64,000 nucleotides of DNA, from assembly GCA_041393775.1 (NCBI GenBank), contig JAWKJM010000004.1, positions 384,701 to 448,700 of the forward strand, in the 5' to 3' direction. The position numbers and the translations under genes were made by a program. The notes beneath the pieces are model-generated. The model was not told the DNA's origin. It did not search any database and worked only from the letters and a program-made list of their open reading frames with translations. Below, piece by piece: positions 62,652-64,000 of the stretch (position 1 is the first letter of the stretch; each line of letters starts with the position of its first letter). The DNA comes from Candidatus Nanopelagicales bacterium. GTDB lineage: Bacteria > Actinomycetota > Actinomycetes > S36-B12 > UBA10799.

Positions 62652-63800
62652 TCACGCACGCCGCTCCGCCGCGCCGCCGATTCCGATTGCCCAGGCACGT
62701 GCTGACTCGCCTCGGGTGGGGGTGGGGTTTGTGGATAGGGCGGTGGTGAGGGCTGCTCGGGCGGGTTTGGGGGTGAAGTTGTGGCGGACGAAGCCGAAGT
62801 TCTGTTCGCGGTCGGTGGGGTCGGTGCCACGGTCGCGGCCGCCGTAGAAGAATAAGGGGCCGGTCCAGGGCCAGGTGTCGGCGGCGGTGATGCCGGCGGT
62901 GAGCAGGACGGCTTGGGTGGTTTCGCTGACGGCGCCGGTGTCGGTGCCGGTCGGGGCGCCGTATTCGGTCAGCCAGATCTGCTTGGCGGTGTCGCCGTTG
63001 GCGGTCATCGCGTCGTGGATCAGTGGTAGTTGTTGGAAGGTGTTCCAGCCGGCGGTGGTGGTGTCGTCGGGCATTGCCGGGTAGCAGTAGGGGTGCACGG
63101 ACAGGGCGTCGAAGTGGGCTTTGGCGCCGTTGGCGTACATCTTGGTGGTGAACACCGTCGGGGACACCTGGGAGCCGTCGGCGGGGTCGGTGGCCGGTGA
63201 GAGGGCCCCGGCCAGGACGGTGGCGGTGGGGTCGACGGCTTTGATGGCGGGGTAGGCGGCTTTGAGCAGGGCGGTGTAGGCGGCCGGGTTGGGTTTGGGT
63301 GCCCAGAAGTTGTTCAGGTTCGGTTCGTTCCAGATTTCCCAGGCTTTGACACCTAGTGGTGCGTAGCGGGCGGTGGCTTTGGCTACGAAGGTGGCGTAGT
63401 CGGCCGGGCTGGTCGGCCCGGCGTGGGTGTTGCCCGGCACCGAGGTGGCCCAGTTCGGGCTGTAGGTGGGCAGTGCCAGGATCTGCAGCCCGCGGCTGTT
63501 GGCGGCGTTGACGACCCGGTCGGTGCTGCTCCAGTCGAAGGTTCCTTTGCGGGATTCGATGCTCGGCCAGTCAAAATCGACCCGCACCCAGCTCATGCCG
63601 GTGGCCTTGTACAAATCCAGTTCGGCTGCCAGATCGCTGTTGGACAACCACAACAGATCCGCCCCCGGCGAAATACCGATCTCCGGGCGATCTTCGGCGT
63701 GCGCGGTCGAGGGCGTCACGGTGGCAGCGGCGAGGAGGGCTGGGACGGTGAGGGCTTGGACAACCAGTCGTCGAAGCGGGTTCGCAATCCTGCCCATCAT
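62652..63800 (-). CDS. secreted clan GH-A glycoside hydrolase, tandem paralog of 61559-62647
   Basis: Signal peptide ending AHAEDR, AWEIWNEPN and IWLTEYGAP motifs, colinear with the neighbouring gene throughout. Confidence 0.75.
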   Translation of the reverse strand: MMGRIANPLRRLVVQALTVPALLAAATVTPSTAHAEDRPEIGISPGADLLWLSNSDLAAELDLYKATGMSWVRVDFDWPSIESRKGTFDWSSTDRVVNAANSRGLQILALPTYSPNWATSVPGNTHAGPTSPADYATFVAKATARYAPLGVKAWEIWNEPNLNNFWAPKPNPAAYTALLKAAYPAIKAVDPTATVLAGALSPATDPADGSQVSPTVFTTKMYANGAKAHFDALSVHPYCYPAMPDDTTTAGWNTFQQLPLIHDAMTANGDTAKQIWLTEYGAPTGTDTGAVSETTQAVLLTAGITAADTWPWTGPLFFYGGRDRGTDPTDREQNFGFVRHNFTPKPARAALTTALSTNPTPTRGESARAWAIGIGGAAERRA

Positions 63801-63844
63801 GTTCCCGACGATACGTCGAATGCCCGGTGCCCGCGACCAACGCA

Positions 63845-63955
63845 CTAGTCATCCCGGGCCGTGGAGGGCCGGCCGTTCAGGCGGGAAAAGGTCTGGCGGA
63901 ATCGCTCGCGTTAGTCGTCAATGACGTTCGGGCGGGTAATGCCGGGCGGAAACTG
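63845..63955. repeat. Family A flanking L-units only (two units, no hairpin core visible before the window end), copy A7
   Basis: CTAGTCATCCCGGGCCGTGGAGGGCCGGCCGTTCAGGCGGGAAAAGGTCTGGCGGAATCGCTCGCG TTAGTCGTCAATGACGTTCGGGCGGGTAATGCCGGGCGGAAAC. Confidence 0.8.
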
Positions 63956-64000
63956 AGGTGCGTCTGACTTAGCGAGGGGTTTCCGGGAGGAAACACCCAG

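Overview
This is a 64-kb segment of a high-GC actinobacterial chromosome; the species cannot be determined from the sequence alone. It carries the conserved housekeeping stretch recG-rsmD-coaD, yceD-rpmF-rnc-mutM, smc-ftsY, amtB-glnB-glnD, ffh-rpsP-KH-rimM-trmD-rplS-lepB-rnhB, dprA-xerC, a WhiG/FliA-type sigma factor, rpsB-tsf-pyrH, frr-cdsA-rlmN-dxr-rseP-ispG, proS, and rimP-nusA-ylxR-infB-rbfA-nrnA-truB-ribF. Almost all of these genes are on the + strand, and many are coupled by 4-nt ATGA/GTGA overlaps. I found no rRNA, tRNA, CRISPR array, transposase or recognisable defence system. The unusual part is the non-coding DNA. Two unrelated families of interspersed nested-palindromic repeats fill nearly every long intergenic gap. 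Family A has a GGTTAGAGAA-iteron hairpin core with modular ~66-bp and ~50-bp flanking units, at 7 loci. Family B is a ~115-bp double nested hairpin built from four copies of GTCACGAAGGTGCG, at 4 loci. Both families share a layout of two direct plus two inverted short motifs. Neither matches any repeat family I can name. Family A copies coincide with synteny breaks where accessory genes are inserted: feoABC, DUF2804-like, tesB and CDF between pyrH and frr; a TPP enzyme plus CMD before proS; a PQQ dehydrogenase; and GT4, Wzz-like and two GH-A hydrolases around ribF. Candidate IdeR (feoA) and GlnR (amtB) operators, a probable non-canonical rimM start and several minor oddities are also listed. 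All coordinates and match counts were derived by eye. Start codons and repeat boundaries are approximate (about +/-10 bp for repeats).
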